Assembly: GCF_900167395.1 (NCBI RefSeq)
Contig: NZ_FUWK01000015.1
Span: 1 to 32,000 of the forward strand
DNA from: Nitrosomonas europaea
Lineage (GTDB): Bacteria; Pseudomonadota; Gammaproteobacteria; Burkholderiales; Nitrosomonadaceae
Reading direction: 5' to 3'
Length of the DNA stretch: 32,000 bases
Shown: positions 18,946 to 30,141 of the stretch, piece after piece
Position numbering within the stretch: position 1 is the stretch's first letter
Layout of the letters: every line of letters starts with the position of its first letter
Position numbers and translations under genes: made by a program
Notes under the pieces: generated by a model
What the model was told of the DNA's origin: nothing
The model's input: the letters and a program-made list of their open reading frames with translations, nothing else
The model's database searches: none

Positions 18946-19140
18946 CTACTTGTTCTCGAACCCGGATATGAAATATTTGATCAGCAGAACCATGAAGAAA
19001 GGGAAAGCGCTCAGTGCTGTAACCAGATAATGTTCGTAGGTAAACTGATCACCTTCATCCATAATGATGTAAGTAAAGAAAATACTGACAGGAAAAATAG
19101 CTGTAATAGACTGGAGTAACACAAACAGATTTTTCATCAT
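18946..19140 (-). CDS. Hypothetical small membrane protein (64 aa, two hydrophobic segments)
   Basis: It is the only ORF in this gap and has an ATG-ATG start. There are two hydrophobic stretches, LFVLLQSITAIFPVSIFFTYII and LVTALSAFPFFMVLLIKYFI. It has no clear SD and is visibly more AT-rich than its neighbours. Confidence 0.35.
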   Translation of the reverse strand: MMKNLFVLLQSITAIFPVSIFFTYIIMDEGDQFTYEHYLVTALSAFPFFMVLLIKYFISGFENK

Positions 19141-19166
19141 ATCGTTTCACACCATCTTCTTGTTGA

Positions 19167-19195
19167 TTGCCACGAGAAATCGCATTTACTACAAT
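19167..19195 (+). promoter_or_regulatory. Predicted sigma70 promoter for cutA-dsbD
   Basis: TTGCCA (19167-19172), a 17-nt spacer, then TACAAT (19190-19195). It lies about 55 nt upstream of the cutA ATG at 19254. This also argues against the TTG-19167 start of the listed ORF. Confidence 0.5.
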
Positions 19196-19253
19196 AGAAT
19201 ATCATAGAAATTCAGATCACCTGCCGGGACGACTATTCTCAGAACTCCATGAA

Positions 19254-19592
19254 ATGACCGGATCATCACAAATTCTGCTCGTTCTGACCAACTTCCCGAA
19301 TGACACAAGCGCCAGGGAGCTGGCAGAAATGCTGGTTGACCGCCGGCTGGCTGCCTGCATCAACATTCTGCAGGGGTGTACTTCTGTTTATCGGTGGCAG
19401 GGCCTGACTGAAACAGCCAGTGAAGTTCCGGTGCTGATCAAAACCACCCGGCAGCGTTATGAAGCAGTGGAACAGGCAATCAAATCACTGCACCCCTATG
19501 AACTCCCCGAGATTATTGCTGTCCCTGTCGATAACGGATTGTCTGCTTATTTACAGTGGATTGCTCACGAAACAACCGAAACAGATACTTAA
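19254..19592 (+). CDS. cutA: Divalent-cation tolerance protein CutA
   Basis: 112 aa counted from the ATG at 19254. It has CutA1 motifs (AACINILQGCTSVYRWQG, HPYELPEIIAVPV). The classic cutA-dsbD pairing is present. Confidence 0.9.
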   Translation: MTGSSQILLVLTNFPNDTSARELAEMLVDRRLAACINILQGCTSVYRWQGLTETASEVPVLIKTTRQRYEAVEQAIKSLHPYELPEIIAVPVDNGLSAYLQWIAHETTETDT

Positions 19593-19604
19593 CCGAGATA
19601 GCCA

Positions 19605-21545
19605 ATGCGCTGGATAAAAACCATTTTACTGTTACTGTGCCTGGTAAGCACTCACACCATGGCCGAAGAAGGTTCATCAGGGGGATTGATGAGTATTCTG
19701 CAACGGCTCGGTGTCGGTTCCGAACAGACCGAGCAGGAACTGCTGCCACCGGATGAAGCTTTCAAGCTGTCGCTCGAAGTCCGGGATGACCGCACGCTGA
19801 TTGCTCGCCTGACACCCGCCAAAGACTACTACCTCTATCGGGATAAAATCAACTTCGAATCGAAAAGTGCAGGTATCCATGTCGACCAGGTAGCCCTCCC
19901 GCCGGGTAAAATGAAGCAGGATCCCGCTTTTGGTCAGACGGAAGTTTACTACCAGCCCCTGGAAGCCATTATTTCGCTACGTCGGGATGCATCTGCACCG
20001 GAGCAACTTTCCCTGTCTGCCACTTACCAGGGCTGCAACGAGCCCATCGGTGTGTGCTATGCACCGATCAACAAGGTAAATGACATTCTGCTGCCGACTG
20101 TCAAAGCTGCAATCGACACGGTTGCCGGCACGATCAGTGGAGATGTTCAGGCAGCCGGAGCTACCGGAACCGATGCTACAGCCGAATTGTTCCAGACAGA
20201 CAATGCACCATTGTTTGAAACGGAATCCTACAAAATAGAGCGCTTGTTCGCCAGTGGCAATTTCTGGCTGATTCTGAGCGGATTCTTTGGTATTGGCTTG
20301 CTGCTCGCCTTTACTCCCTGCGTATTTCCCATGTTTCCGATTCTGTCCGGAATCATCGCCAGTAAAGGGCAGCAAATGTCGAAACTGCGCGGGTTCATGC
20401 TGGCGCTGGCTTATGTACTGGGCATGGCGATCACTTATGCCATCGCCGGCGCAGCAGCGGGTCTGTCTGGCACCATGCTGTCTGCTGCACTGCAAAATGC
20501 CTGGGTATTGGGAACATTTGCGCTGGTCTTCGTGGCTCTGGCTTTCTCGATGTTTGGTTTCTACGAACTGCGAATGCCATCTTTTATACAAAACAAGCTG
20601 GTCGAAGAAACAGGTCATTTCAAGGGAGGCCAGCTTACCGGTGTATTTGGAATGGGAGCATTGTCTGCTCTGATCGTCAGTCCCTGTGTCGCTGCCCCGC
20701 TGGCTGGTGCACTGATTTATATCAGCCAGACGCGCGATGTCGTACTGGGCGGTTCCGCACTGTTCATCATGGCACTGGGAATGGGTATGCCATTGCTGCT
20801 GTTGGGCGTCTCGGCCGGTGCATTACTGCCCAGATCCGGTGCCTGGATGAAAGCTGTCCAGCAGTTTTTCGGCGTCCTGCTGCTGGCCGTAGCAATCTGG
20901 CTGGTCTCGCCCGTCATCACGGAAGTTGTGCACATGCTGCTTTGGGCGGCACTGCTGATCATTTCGGCAATCTACCTGCATGCACTCGATCCACTGCCCG
21001 GCCATGCATCAGGTTTCAACAAATTTCTCAAGGGAATCGGTGTCATCGCGCTGCTGGTAGGTGTTGCCTTGCTCATTGGCGTACTTTCCGGAAGTCGGGA
21101 TATTCTGCAACCTCTATCCAAACTCAGCCTGGCTGCTGCCACACCTTCCGGCCAGCTTGCCGAACCCTCTGTGAACACAAATGAATCTCTGCCATTCAAG
21201 CGGGTTAAAACGACTGCCGAGCTGGATGAACTCATCCGGCAATCACAAGGACGTTATGTCATGATCGACTTTTATGCAGACTGGTGTATTTCCTGCAAAG
21301 AAATGGAGCGCTTTACCTTCACTGACCCGCAGGTTCAGGCACGCTTGAAAAATGTCGAACTGGTGCAGATCAATGTCACAGACGGCACACCGGATGATGC
21401 TGCTTTACTCAAACGTTTCAAGCTCTTTGGCCCGCCCGGAATTCTGTTTTTTGACCGGCAGGGAGTCGAGATTCCAAACATCAAAATCATTGGCTACCTC
21501 GATAAAAGAGACTTCATCACGGTACTGGACGCAATCCTGCTCTGA
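19605..21545 (+). CDS. dsbD: Thiol:disulfide interchange protein DsbD
   Basis: 646 aa with a signal peptide. The N-terminal domain has the Cys pair YQGCNEPIGVCY. The central TM domain has FTPCVFP and SPCVAAP. The C-terminal thioredoxin fold has WCISCK. Confidence 0.95.
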   Translation: MRWIKTILLLLCLVSTHTMAEEGSSGGLMSILQRLGVGSEQTEQELLPPDEAFKLSLEVRDDRTLIARLTPAKDYYLYRDKINFESKSAGIHVDQVALPPGKMKQDPAFGQTEVYYQPLEAIISLRRDASAPEQLSLSATYQGCNEPIGVCYAPINKVNDILLPTVKAAIDTVAGTISGDVQAAGATGTDATAELFQTDNAPLFETESYKIERLFASGNFWLILSGFFGIGLLLAFTPCVFPMFPILSGIIASKGQQMSKLRGFMLALAYVLGMAITYAIAGAAAGLSGTMLSAALQNAWVLGTFALVFVALAFSMFGFYELRMPSFIQNKLVEETGHFKGGQLTGVFGMGALSALIVSPCVAAPLAGALIYISQTRDVVLGGSALFIMALGMGMPLLLLGVSAGALLPRSGAWMKAVQQFFGVLLLAVAIWLVSPVITEVVHMLLWAALLIISAIYLHALDPLPGHASGFNKFLKGIGVIALLVGVALLIGVLSGSRDILQPLSKLSLAAATPSGQLAEPSVNTNESLPFKRVKTTAELDELIRQSQGRYVMIDFYADWCISCKEMERFTFTDPQVQARLKNVELVQINVTDGTPDDAALLKRFKLFGPPGILFFDRQGVEIPNIKIIGYLDKRDFITVLDAILL

Positions 21546-21655
21546 TAACCGGCTGATTACCGGTCTGCCAGTGTAGAAAACTTCCTTCCGGTACCGGTAT
21601 ATCTGATATAAACCCGGTTTCCGCATTTCACATAAACTTTCTTTCAGAATTCTCT

Positions 21656-22204
21656 ATGTCCAAGCCTAACAGGTTCTCGTTCTACGTCATCGTTGCAATT
21701 CTTTCACTGGCTGCTGGTTTCGCTTACAAATCCAGAGAAATGGGCATCACAGTCTCCCTGTCGAGTGCTGACAGAAAGGCCGGAGCTGATAAATTCTTCG
21801 ATGCAACCTTGTCCGCTCTGGATGGCACCCCTCAAGCTCTGTCACAATGGCGGGGAAAAATCGTCATCGCCAATTTCTGGGCAACCTGGTGTCTGCCTTG
21901 CCGCGATGAAATTCCGGAATTGATCGATACCTATACGGCATACCATCAAAAAGATCTGGTCATTCTCGGTATCGCCATAGACGATACCGATAAAGTAGCC
22001 GCGTTCAGTAAGGAATTCAATATCAACTACCCTGTGCTGGTCGGGGAATTCGATGCCTTTTCACTTGCAGAAGCCATGGGCAACCTGCAGGGTGCTCTGC
22101 CTTTTACCGTCACGATCGACCGCAGCGGCATGATCGTCGATACCCACTTGGGAAGAATCAAGAAAAAACAGATCGAAGAAATCATCAAACCAATGCTGCA
22201 ATAA
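21656..22204 (+). CDS. TlpA/ResA-family periplasmic thiol-disulfide oxidoreductase (membrane-anchored thioredoxin)
   Basis: 182 aa with an N-terminal TM anchor and the active site FWATWCLPCRDE. It sits directly downstream of dsbD. Confidence 0.88.
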   Translation: MSKPNRFSFYVIVAILSLAAGFAYKSREMGITVSLSSADRKAGADKFFDATLSALDGTPQALSQWRGKIVIANFWATWCLPCRDEIPELIDTYTAYHQKDLVILGIAIDDTDKVAAFSKEFNINYPVLVGEFDAFSLAEAMGNLQGALPFTVTIDRSGMIVDTHLGRIKKKQIEEIIKPMLQ

Positions 22205-22416
22205 ACCTGCAAAACCCGTTAACCACTACTCATGGTCTGATACGTCTTGGCACTCCGCATGATTGCCTCGGAATACAACATTACCTTTCCATTCCTGCAT
22301 CTCGCGTAATATTGCGTTATGTCGCGCTCCTTCTGTCTGATCTTCCGGCACGTCTCGCATAAAATACGTTGACTCATGCGAAAAAATTTTGCCTCAAAAC
22401 CCGAGATCAGGCATTT

Positions 22417-23679
22417 TTAGTGCACGCTATTTTTACCATCGTGTTTTGCGCAAGACTGATCACAACCGGCTTCACATCCCAGTCCCATGCGACCCAGCCC
22501 ACCACAACTGCCGGCAAGAGGCTGACGTCCGCCGATGACCCCGATCGCCATGGCGATAAGCGCAAGCCCCATTACCAGGAAGGTTGCAATAAAAATCTGA
22601 GTAAAATCGGATGCACGCTCCGCCGGGAAATGACTGCTCGTATATCCTTTGATAACACCTTCCTGGTTGACAATGAAGAGAACCGCGATGCCTTGATCTT
22701 CAGCAATAGTCAGGCCACGCTCGTGCCCGAGCACCAACAATGCCGTTGCCCATGCATCTGCAACCATGCAACTTTCCGCCAGTACGGTAACCGAAGACGC
22801 TCCATTTTCCACCGGCCAGCCGGTAGTGGGATCGATAAGGTGGCTGTAACGATGGCCTTCAATTTCGAAGAAATTTTGATAATCTCCTGAAGTTGCCAAT
22901 CCTGTATCCTGCAAGGACAGTATCTTATATGGAGCGGAACGACCATATTGGTGATGTGGTTTCTCGATTCCAATTTGCCAGGGAGTATTCTGCGCATTGG
23001 TACCACGTGCTCGAATCTCACCGCCGATTTCGACCAGGTAATGTTCAATGCCCCGTGCATCGAATATTTCCGCTACCCGGTCGACCGCATATCCTTTGGC
23101 AATAGCAGATAAATCTATATAGATATCAGAGTGTAGCTTGCGGATAGCATGCGTTTCTCGATCGAGCACGAGCTTATCCTGACCGATTGCCGGAAGTACC
23201 GCAGCAATTTCACTTTTATCAGGAATTCGTTCGGAATGGAACTCGGGCCCGAACCCCCAGAGATTTACCGCCGGTCCGACCGTAATATCGAAAGCTTTTT
23301 CACTCCGCGCACCTATCTCCAGCGCCGCTTCAAGTACGGTAAATAATGAGTCGGAAACCGGGATCCAATCAGATGTAGTTGCTCGATTCAAGCGTGAAAG
23401 TTCCGATTCAGGATCGTAGGTAGACATAGCCCGGTTAATTTCGTCGAGAACCGACTCTATCTGTTTTTGTGCTGTATCAGGTGTAAAACCACCCTCCGGA
23501 TGACGGTATTTCACACTGTACTTCGTCCCCATGGTATAGCCATGCACGTGTGACTGGGTAAGAGAAGAAGCAAAAAAAATCCGTCCAAGCAGTGCCATCA
23601 TAATCAGGAAAGCTGCAATGATGATCATAATCGACCGGGGAGACATGGATAGTGAAGCTTTCATCATAATGATTGTCAT
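22417..23679 (-). CDS. apbE: FAD:protein FMN transferase ApbE fused to an NqrM-like (DUF539-like) C-terminal TM + Cys-rich module
   Basis: 420 aa. An N-terminal anchor is followed by ApbE motifs ([48 protein letters not shown]). The protein then continues into helix [23 protein letters not shown] and tail [21 protein letters not shown]. Its start overlaps the nqrF stop as ATGA. Confidence 0.85.
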   Translation of the reverse strand: MTIIMMKASLSMSPRSIMIIIAAFLIMMALLGRIFFASSLTQSHVHGYTMGTKYSVKYRHPEGGFTPDTAQKQIESVLDEINRAMSTYDPESELSRLNRATTSDWIPVSDSLFTVLEAALEIGARSEKAFDITVGPAVNLWGFGPEFHSERIPDKSEIAAVLPAIGQDKLVLDRETHAIRKLHSDIYIDLSAIAKGYAVDRVAEIFDARGIEHYLVEIGGEIRARGTNAQNTPWQIGIEKPHHQYGRSAPYKILSLQDTGLATSGDYQNFFEIEGHRYSHLIDPTTGWPVENGASSVTVLAESCMVADAWATALLVLGHERGLTIAEDQGIAVLFIVNQEGVIKGYTSSHFPAERASDFTQIFIATFLVMGLALIAMAIGVIGGRQPLAGSCGGLGRMGLGCEAGCDQSCAKHDGKNSVH

Positions 23680-24896
23680 CCTCCAAAGTCGTCGAACAAT
23701 ATATTTTCCTGTTCGACACCCAGACCAATCAGCATATCGATAACTGCCTTACTCATCATGGGCGGGCCACACAGATAATATTCGCAATCCTCCGGAGCGG
23801 GGTGATCTTTCAAATAGTTATCGAACAATATCTGGTGGATGAAACCAGTATACCCCTGCCAGTTATCCTCAGGCAATGCATCGGACAAAGCAACGTACCA
23901 CTTAAAATTGTCATATTCCTTCGATAGCCTGTCAAAATCCTCGACATAGAACATTTCATTCCTGGAGCGAGCACCATACCAGAAGGAAATTTTGCGCCGG
24001 GATTTGAGCCGGCATAACTGATCGAGAATATGGGAGCGCAGGGGTGCCATGCCTGCACCACCACCAATGAAAATCATTTCGTTTTCGGTATCGCGCGCGA
24101 AAAAATCGCCGAATGGCCCCGTGACCGTAACCGAATCGTCAGGCTTGAGCGAAAAAATATAGGATGAAGCCTGGCCTGGTGGTACATCTTCACGCTGAGG
24201 TGGAGGCGTTGCAATGCGTACATTCAACATGATGATGCCCCGCTCTTCGGGATAATTGGCCATCGAATAGGCGCGCATGACAGGTTCCTGTGTTTTCGAA
24301 ACATAGCGCCAAAAATCATAATGATCCCAATCTTTGCGGAAACGTTCTTCTATATCGAAATCCTTGAATGCACTGACATAGGGCGGACACTCAATCTGGA
24401 TATAACCGCCGGCACGAAAATCGAACTGTTCACTTTCGGGAAGCTCCAGTACCAGCTCTTTGATAAACGTAGCGACGTTATGATTGGAACGGACCTTACA
24501 AGACCATTTTCTTACCCCAAATGCCTCATCGGGTACAACGATCTTCATGTTCTGTTTGACGGAAACCTGGCAGGACAAACGGTAGCCGGCCCGCGCGTCA
24601 TGTTTGTTGATGTGGGAAGTCTCGGTGGGCAGAATATCTCCGCCACCTTCGAATACCTTGACACGACATTGACCACATGTACCGCTTCCACCACAGGGAG
24701 AGCTGACAAAAATACCAGCAGTGGCCAGCGTACCGAGCAGCTTCCCTCCGGTCAATGCTTCGATAGTGCGCTCATCATTCACATTGATTGTGACACGACC
24801 ATGCGTTACCAATTTGGCACGCGCACCAAGGATGACAAATACCAGGACGATAATTATCGCAGTAAAGAAGAAAACACCGAGAAAGATTTCCAGCAT
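23676..24896 (-). CDS. nqrF: Na+-translocating NADH:quinone oxidoreductase subunit F
   Basis: 406 aa with an N-terminal TM helix, 2Fe-2S ferredoxin Cys motif [12 protein letters not shown] and FAD-binding motif RAYSMANYP, plus an NADH-binding GGGAGMAP loop. Confidence 0.96.
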   Translation of the reverse strand: MLEIFLGVFFFTAIIIVLVFVILGARAKLVTHGRVTINVNDERTIEALTGGKLLGTLATAGIFVSSPCGGSGTCGQCRVKVFEGGGDILPTETSHINKHDARAGYRLSCQVSVKQNMKIVVPDEAFGVRKWSCKVRSNHNVATFIKELVLELPESEQFDFRAGGYIQIECPPYVSAFKDFDIEERFRKDWDHYDFWRYVSKTQEPVMRAYSMANYPEERGIIMLNVRIATPPPQREDVPPGQASSYIFSLKPDDSVTVTGPFGDFFARDTENEMIFIGGGAGMAPLRSHILDQLCRLKSRRKISFWYGARSRNEMFYVEDFDRLSKEYDNFKWYVALSDALPEDNWQGYTGFIHQILFDNYLKDHPAPEDCEYYLCGPPMMSKAVIDMLIGLGVEQENILFDDFGG

Positions 24897-25058
24897 ACGC
24901 GATTTCGGATTAGGGCCTGTAACGTAATCGCGACAAATAGCCTGGAAATAAAGTATTCAACATACAATGACGAAGCATGTCGGATAGATGAGTCGCAAAT
25001 ATCGCGTCTGCTATGCCATGGAAACAGGGAGGGGATATAACGATTTTATTCACAAATG

Positions 25059-25667
25059 TTAAAGCCGAATGCCGGAGAAGGCCATGAATCCCATAGCCAT
25101 CAATCCCGCACTGATAAAAGTAATGCCCAGTCCCTGTAAACCGTCTGGCACATCCGAATATTTGAGTCTTTCACGTACACCAGCCAGCGCAACAATTGCC
25201 AACGCCCAACCGAAACCGGAGCCGAGACCATATACAAGGCTCTCAGTAAAATTATAGTCACGTTCCACCATGAACAATGAACCACCCAGAATGGCACAAT
25301 TCACGGCAATCAGTGGCAGATAGATGCCCAATGCACTGTGCAGAGCCGGCATGAAACGATCCAGAAACATTTCCAGAATCTGTACTATCGCGGCGATAAC
25401 CCCAAGATAACTGACGAGCCCGAGGAAAGTTAAATCAATCTCCGCCAGACCTGCCCAGACCAGAGCACCGTCACGAAGCAGGTACTGATAAACCAGATTA
25501 TTGATGGGAACCGTCAATGTCTGGACGACGATCACGGCAATTCCCATGCCGAACGCCACCTCTATTTTTTTGGAAATGGCCAGAAAAGTGCACATGCCAA
25601 GAAAAAAAGTAAGCGCAAGATTCTCGACGAAAACTGCGGTAATAAATAAACCGGCCAGACTGTTCAT
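25059..25667 (-). CDS. nqrE: Na+-NQR subunit E
   Basis: 202 aa and polytopic. The NqrE/RnfA-type N-terminus reads [22 protein letters not shown]. Confidence 0.95.
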   Translation of the reverse strand: MNSLAGLFITAVFVENLALTFFLGMCTFLAISKKIEVAFGMGIAVIVVQTLTVPINNLVYQYLLRDGALVWAGLAEIDLTFLGLVSYLGVIAAIVQILEMFLDRFMPALHSALGIYLPLIAVNCAILGGSLFMVERDYNFTESLVYGLGSGFGWALAIVALAGVRERLKYSDVPDGLQGLGITFISAGLMAMGFMAFSGIRL

Positions 25668-26335
25668 CTTATGATCTCAGTAGGATTATGGGTCTGCTGG
25701 ATGCGGAACTCGGGTTGCTCGACTTGATTCGTTTTCCAGGAGCGCACCCCCCAGATGATCAATCCGATCAGAAAGAAAGCGCTGGGCGGCAATAATAACA
25801 ATCCATTGGGTTCATACCAACCACCATCCCGAATGAGTGGCAGGATCGTAACTCCCAGCAGGGAGCCCGAACCGAACAGTTCACGTATTATCCCGACTAT
25901 CAGCAAAATCGCGCTGTACCCGAGACCATTACCCAATCCATCAAGGAAACTCGGCCAGGGCGGATTTTTCATGGCAAATGCCTCTGCCCGCCCCATGACG
26001 ATACAATTGGTAACGATCAGACTGACGAATACCGAGAGCTCCCGACTGACCTCATAGGCAAATGCCCGCAGGAACTGGTCAACCACGATCACCAGCGAGG
26101 CGGCAATCGTCATTTGTATGATAATACGAATATTCGTAGGGATGTAATGACGAATCAGACTGATCAGCATGCTGGAACAGGCTACGACCAGCGTCAAAGC
26201 AATACACATAGTCAAAGCTGTAGATACTTTGCTGGTAACCGCCAGCGCTGAACAGATCCCCAGTACTTGCAGTGTAATCGGATTTTCGTTAACAACGGGT
26301 GTAAATAAAATTTTGCGGACGGATTGTGCCATCAT
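25664..26335 (-). CDS. nqrD: Na+-NQR subunit D
   Basis: 223 aa of NqrD/RnfE type ([18 protein letters not shown]). It overlaps nqrE by 4 nt. Confidence 0.95.
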   Translation of the reverse strand: MMAQSVRKILFTPVVNENPITLQVLGICSALAVTSKVSTALTMCIALTLVVACSSMLISLIRHYIPTNIRIIIQMTIAASLVIVVDQFLRAFAYEVSRELSVFVSLIVTNCIVMGRAEAFAMKNPPWPSFLDGLGNGLGYSAILLIVGIIRELFGSGSLLGVTILPLIRDGGWYEPNGLLLLPPSAFFLIGLIIWGVRSWKTNQVEQPEFRIQQTHNPTEIIR

Positions 26336-27130
26336 TCAACTCCTTTCTTCACGTAAACGAAGCAGGAAAGGGCCAAAACCATTCTCTCCAAACCAGAATT
26401 TCAATAAATTATCGACGCCTCGCGTAGTCATGGTTGCACCGGATAAACCATCCACTTTATGCTGACTGTCAGGCGTAGCGCTTCCAACTGACCCTCTGAT
26501 CAATTCGATACGCGGTTGCCAAGCTTCGTCAAAAATGACTTTACCTTCCCACGAGGTAAGCCAGCGCGGATTGTCCACTTCGCCTCCTAATCCCGGTGTT
26601 TCCGCATGCTGATAAAACCGGAGCCCTTTGACTGTGCGCAAATCCCCTTCCAAGGCAATAAAACCGTAAAGCGTAGACCATAATCCGTGGCCGTATATGG
26701 GCAGGATCAATGTTTCCAGTTTTCCAGCTTCATTATGAATTAGATAAACTGGCAGATATTTAGGTTTCCGCTGAATCTGCGCGATATCCTCTTCACGCGT
26801 CAATGCGGTGGATTGCGCCTCATCCTTGGCTGCTTTGGTAATATCGAATCGTTCCGTGTCCTGATCATCCACGAAGTTGCCACTCGCAAGCTCAACCATA
26901 CGCACGTCGAACAGACGATAAGCACTCTCGATAGATAATCCCAATGCAGTCAGACCGGCAAGTTCTACAAGCACACGTTGACGTTCCTTGACTTGATTGG
27001 CTATCTGTATCGGCCTGAGCGTCACTGCAGCACTGGTCACGAACAGGGAGCAAACCAGACACACGGCCAGCGCTACACCCACCGTTCTCCGGGCACTATG
27101 CTGAACGGGAGCTGAATTCGGCTCAGCCAT
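26336..27130 (-). CDS. nqrC: Na+-NQR subunit C
   Basis: I chose the ATG at 27130 (MAEPNSAP..), which overlaps the nqrB stop as ATGGCTGA, over the upstream ATG at 27172. It has one TM helix and the FMN attachment motif [13 protein letters not shown]. Confidence 0.93.
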   Translation of the reverse strand: MAEPNSAPVQHSARRTVGVALAVCLVCSLFVTSAAVTLRPIQIANQVKERQRVLVELAGLTALGLSIESAYRLFDVRMVELASGNFVDDQDTERFDITKAAKDEAQSTALTREEDIAQIQRKPKYLPVYLIHNEAGKLETLILPIYGHGLWSTLYGFIALEGDLRTVKGLRFYQHAETPGLGGEVDNPRWLTSWEGKVIFDEAWQPRIELIRGSVGSATPDSQHKVDGLSGATMTTRGVDNLLKFWFGENGFGPFLLRLREERS

Positions 27131-28319
27131 GACGACGCAGCCTCCGACGAATATTAAGCTGGATGACAACATAATCGATCAGCGGTGCAAATACATTGGC
27201 AAATAAGATAGCCAGCATAATCCCTTCCGGAAAAGCCGGATTCACCACCCGGATCAAGACCGTCATAAAACCGATCAATAAACCGAACACCCAGCGCCCG
27301 GCGTTGGTCATGGCAGCAGAAACCGGATCAGTCGCCATGAATACCATACCGAAAGCGAAACCACCCAGCACCAGATGCCAGTGCCAGGGCATGGCCATCA
27401 TCGGATTATCGCTTTCTAATATATTAAACAAAAAACTGGTTGCCACCATCCCAAAGAACACACCAAAAATGATACGCCAGGATGCGACCTTGGTATAAAT
27501 CAGAAATATTGCACCCAGCAGACAAGCCAGCGTCGAAGTTTCTCCCAGGGAACCAGGCATCAAACCGATGAAGGCATTCCACCAGGTGTAGCCACCTGCC
27601 GTCACCGCTTCCATGCCGCCAATCGCACCCAATCCCAATGGTGTCGCACTCGTGTAACCGTCAACCGCTACCCAGACCAGATCACCCGAAATATCCGCAG
27701 GGTAGGCAAAATAGAGAAACGCGCGCCCCACCAATGCAGGATTGAGAAAATTCTTACCGGTTCCGCCAAAAACTTCCTTGCCGATCACCACTCCGAAACT
27801 GATTCCCAGTGCAACCATCCACAGCGGCATATTAGGTGGCAAGGTCAATGCGAACAACATGGAAGTAACCAGGAATCCTTCATTTACCTCATGTTTACGT
27901 ACCAACGCGAACAACACTTCCCAGAATCCACCTACCGCCAGTGTCGTCAGGTAAATAGGCAGGAAATACAGTAAACCATGTATTGTGCTGGCCAGGACAC
28001 TGCCGGGATCGAATCCGACATTCAGTGTCAGCAGCAGATTGTTACGCCAGTTCTGGCCGATCTCTCCCAGTTCCTGCAGCGCAAGATTCGCCTGATAACC
28101 AGTGTTATACCAACTCCATAGAATACAGGGCAGCAATGCGATGACCACATAACTCATCAGGCGCTTAAGATCAATCGCATCGCGCACATGCGGTGCAGAG
28201 CGGGTCGAGTCGTCTGGCGTATATAAAAAAGTATCCACCATTTCGTATAAGGCGTAATATTTTTCGAATCTTCCGCCTCGATCGAAATGTGGTTTTATAT
28301 TATTAAGCAGACGACGCAT
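27123..28319 (-). CDS. nqrB: Na+-NQR subunit B
   Basis: 398 aa and polytopic. The N-terminus [25 protein letters not shown] is typical of NqrB. The flavinylation motif is [10 protein letters not shown]. Confidence 0.95.
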   Translation of the reverse strand: MRRLLNNIKPHFDRGGRFEKYYALYEMVDTFLYTPDDSTRSAPHVRDAIDLKRLMSYVVIALLPCILWSWYNTGYQANLALQELGEIGQNWRNNLLLTLNVGFDPGSVLASTIHGLLYFLPIYLTTLAVGGFWEVLFALVRKHEVNEGFLVTSMLFALTLPPNMPLWMVALGISFGVVIGKEVFGGTGKNFLNPALVGRAFLYFAYPADISGDLVWVAVDGYTSATPLGLGAIGGMEAVTAGGYTWWNAFIGLMPGSLGETSTLACLLGAIFLIYTKVASWRIIFGVFFGMVATSFLFNILESDNPMMAMPWHWHLVLGGFAFGMVFMATDPVSAAMTNAGRWVFGLLIGFMTVLIRVVNPAFPEGIMLAILFANVFAPLIDYVVIQLNIRRRLRRHG

Positions 28320-28326
28320 GGAGTGC

Positions 28327-29685
28327 TTATCCTTCTTTCTCGATTTGTCGTAAATTCTCTCGCAGGATTACACCATAGTCATGCTTACCCACACATATGA
28401 ATGAACATAACGCCAGATCTTCTTCATCCAGTTCGAGACAACCCAGCTTTTGCGCCATATCGGTATCCATCACCAGCAACGCGCGTAAGAGTTGTGCAGG
28501 CAATATATCGAGTGGCATGACTTCTTCAAAAGTGTCGATCGGAATCATGGCACGCGGGCTGCCTTGCTGGCTGGCCGTAAATTCGAACTTTCTCTTTTTG
28601 CGAAAGAAACTGGAAAACAGTACATTCAACTTGGAATATTTATTTCCCCCGGGGTTAAGCCAACCCAGGAATTCCCGCTCACTCTTCTCTCCAATTACAG
28701 TGACCTGCAAATGATGCCGCCCCAGAAAAGCCAGTTCATCTACCGCCTTGCGACCGGACCAGACTGAACCGGAAATAACACGCTTATCCATTGATTCAAC
28801 CAGTTCACCAGCCAATAACTCCTCTAGTGAAGCTCCCAACCGGGTACGTAACAGACGCGGCTTCTTGACCCCGGGCCCGCCAAGCGCCACGATACGCTCA
28901 GTCCAGAGGCGCCCGGTTACGAACAGCTTACCGATGGCAATTACCTCCTGATAATTCAGATACCAGACCGTTTTATATGCACTGACTGGCTGAAGAAAAT
29001 GGATATGCGTACCGGGAAGACCGGCAGGGTGCGGCCCGGCAAACCGGGCTTGCTGCAATTGTGGCAAATCTTCAGGTAACGATAATTTCGCCTGGGGACT
29101 CTGACAGACCCATAATGGCCCATCAGTCAAACGCGACAGAATTCTCAGGCCGTGATTAAAGGATTCCATCTCTGCCGTGATAATGGGTACGGGATCCGCA
29201 GCTAGGGGATTGCTGTCTATAGCGGTAATGAAAATTGCGGCAGGCCGTGTAGCAGGATCAGGCACCTTACTATAGGGACGAGTACGTAATGTCGTCCACA
29301 AGCCGGAGATCAGCAGATTCTCTTTGACCTGCTCATCTGCCAGATTAGATAGTTCATCCGGAGCATATTTGATGAAAGTCTCTTCATCCTCCTGTTCATC
29401 CAGTTGAAGGACGACCGATAATAGTATGCGCCTTGTCCCCCGGTTAATCGCCACGATGCGCCCGGCACCGGGAGCAGTGAATACGACACCAGGCAGTTTT
29501 TTATATTCGAATAAGGGTTGTCCAAGCCTGACCCTGTCACCTTCTGTTACCTTCATGGTCGGTTTGAGATCGATGTAATCCACTCCCGCCACAGCGATAT
29601 GGCGTACTGCAGTCGCAGCATACACACACTGCTCCGGCTCGCCGCTGATAGGCAGATCCAACCCCTTGTTTAGTTTGATAAACAT
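28327..29685 (-). CDS. nqrA: Na+-NQR subunit A
   Basis: 452 aa. The N-terminus [17 protein letters not shown] matches the typical NqrA start. It is the first gene of the operon. Confidence 0.94.
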   Translation of the reverse strand: MFIKLNKGLDLPISGEPEQCVYAATAVRHIAVAGVDYIDLKPTMKVTEGDRVRLGQPLFEYKKLPGVVFTAPGAGRIVAINRGTRRILLSVVLQLDEQEDEETFIKYAPDELSNLADEQVKENLLISGLWTTLRTRPYSKVPDPATRPAAIFITAIDSNPLAADPVPIITAEMESFNHGLRILSRLTDGPLWVCQSPQAKLSLPEDLPQLQQARFAGPHPAGLPGTHIHFLQPVSAYKTVWYLNYQEVIAIGKLFVTGRLWTERIVALGGPGVKKPRLLRTRLGASLEELLAGELVESMDKRVISGSVWSGRKAVDELAFLGRHHLQVTVIGEKSEREFLGWLNPGGNKYSKLNVLFSSFFRKKRKFEFTASQQGSPRAMIPIDTFEEVMPLDILPAQLLRALLVMDTDMAQKLGCLELDEEDLALCSFICVGKHDYGVILRENLRQIEKEG

Positions 29686-30022
29686 GATCGAAGAAAAGAG
29701 GTCTTTGTTCGTCCTGTGTTTTTATCCAACGTGGTCCCCGCAGAACTGTAACAATCCAGAATTGAATCGGCTCACTCAATCATTAATATACCTGTAACGC
29801 TTCAGGCGTAACGATAATCCTCCGTCATGACAAACGCTGGGGGGTGAAGCCATCCGAGATGGAACTGACAGGACGCACAGGATAACCATCACACCTACCG
29901 TCACGGTATTTTCTGGATTGCCACACCACTCACGCGACTAGCAACGACCAGGATGGCCAGGGACAACGATTGCGATAATTTCTCTACTCGCCATTACTGA
30001 TTCGATGCGTGGTATTTCATTT

Positions 30023-30052
30023 CAGATCTGCCTGTCTGCACAGGCAGATCTG
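30023..30052. repeat. Perfect 13-bp-stem hairpin (CAGATCTGCCTGT-CTGC-ACAGGCAGATCTG), function unknown
   Basis: Read directly from the sequence. There is no U-tract on either strand. It lies in the 507-bp gap between the CBS gene 3' end and the nqrA start. Confidence 0.5.
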
Positions 30053-30119
30053 TACAAGCAGATAAACAGACTAAACCGAAAATGGTTTAGTGACGTAATC
30101 ATTCCTGGCATCTCGCCAG

Positions 30120-30141
30120 ATGCATGGAATATTCCATGCAT
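30120..30141. repeat. Perfect 22-bp palindrome ATGCATGGAATATTCCATGCAT
   Basis: Read directly from the sequence. It lies about 50 nt downstream of the CBS-protein stop and about 435 nt upstream of nqrA. It could be an RNA hairpin or a dimeric-regulator operator. Confidence 0.5.

Noticed and set aside
22330-22416. Possible terminator after apbE: a TGCCT...AGGCA stem followed by AAATTTTTT on the minus strand.
   Set aside because: The stem is only 5 bp with a 14-nt loop, too weak to call. I left it unannotated.
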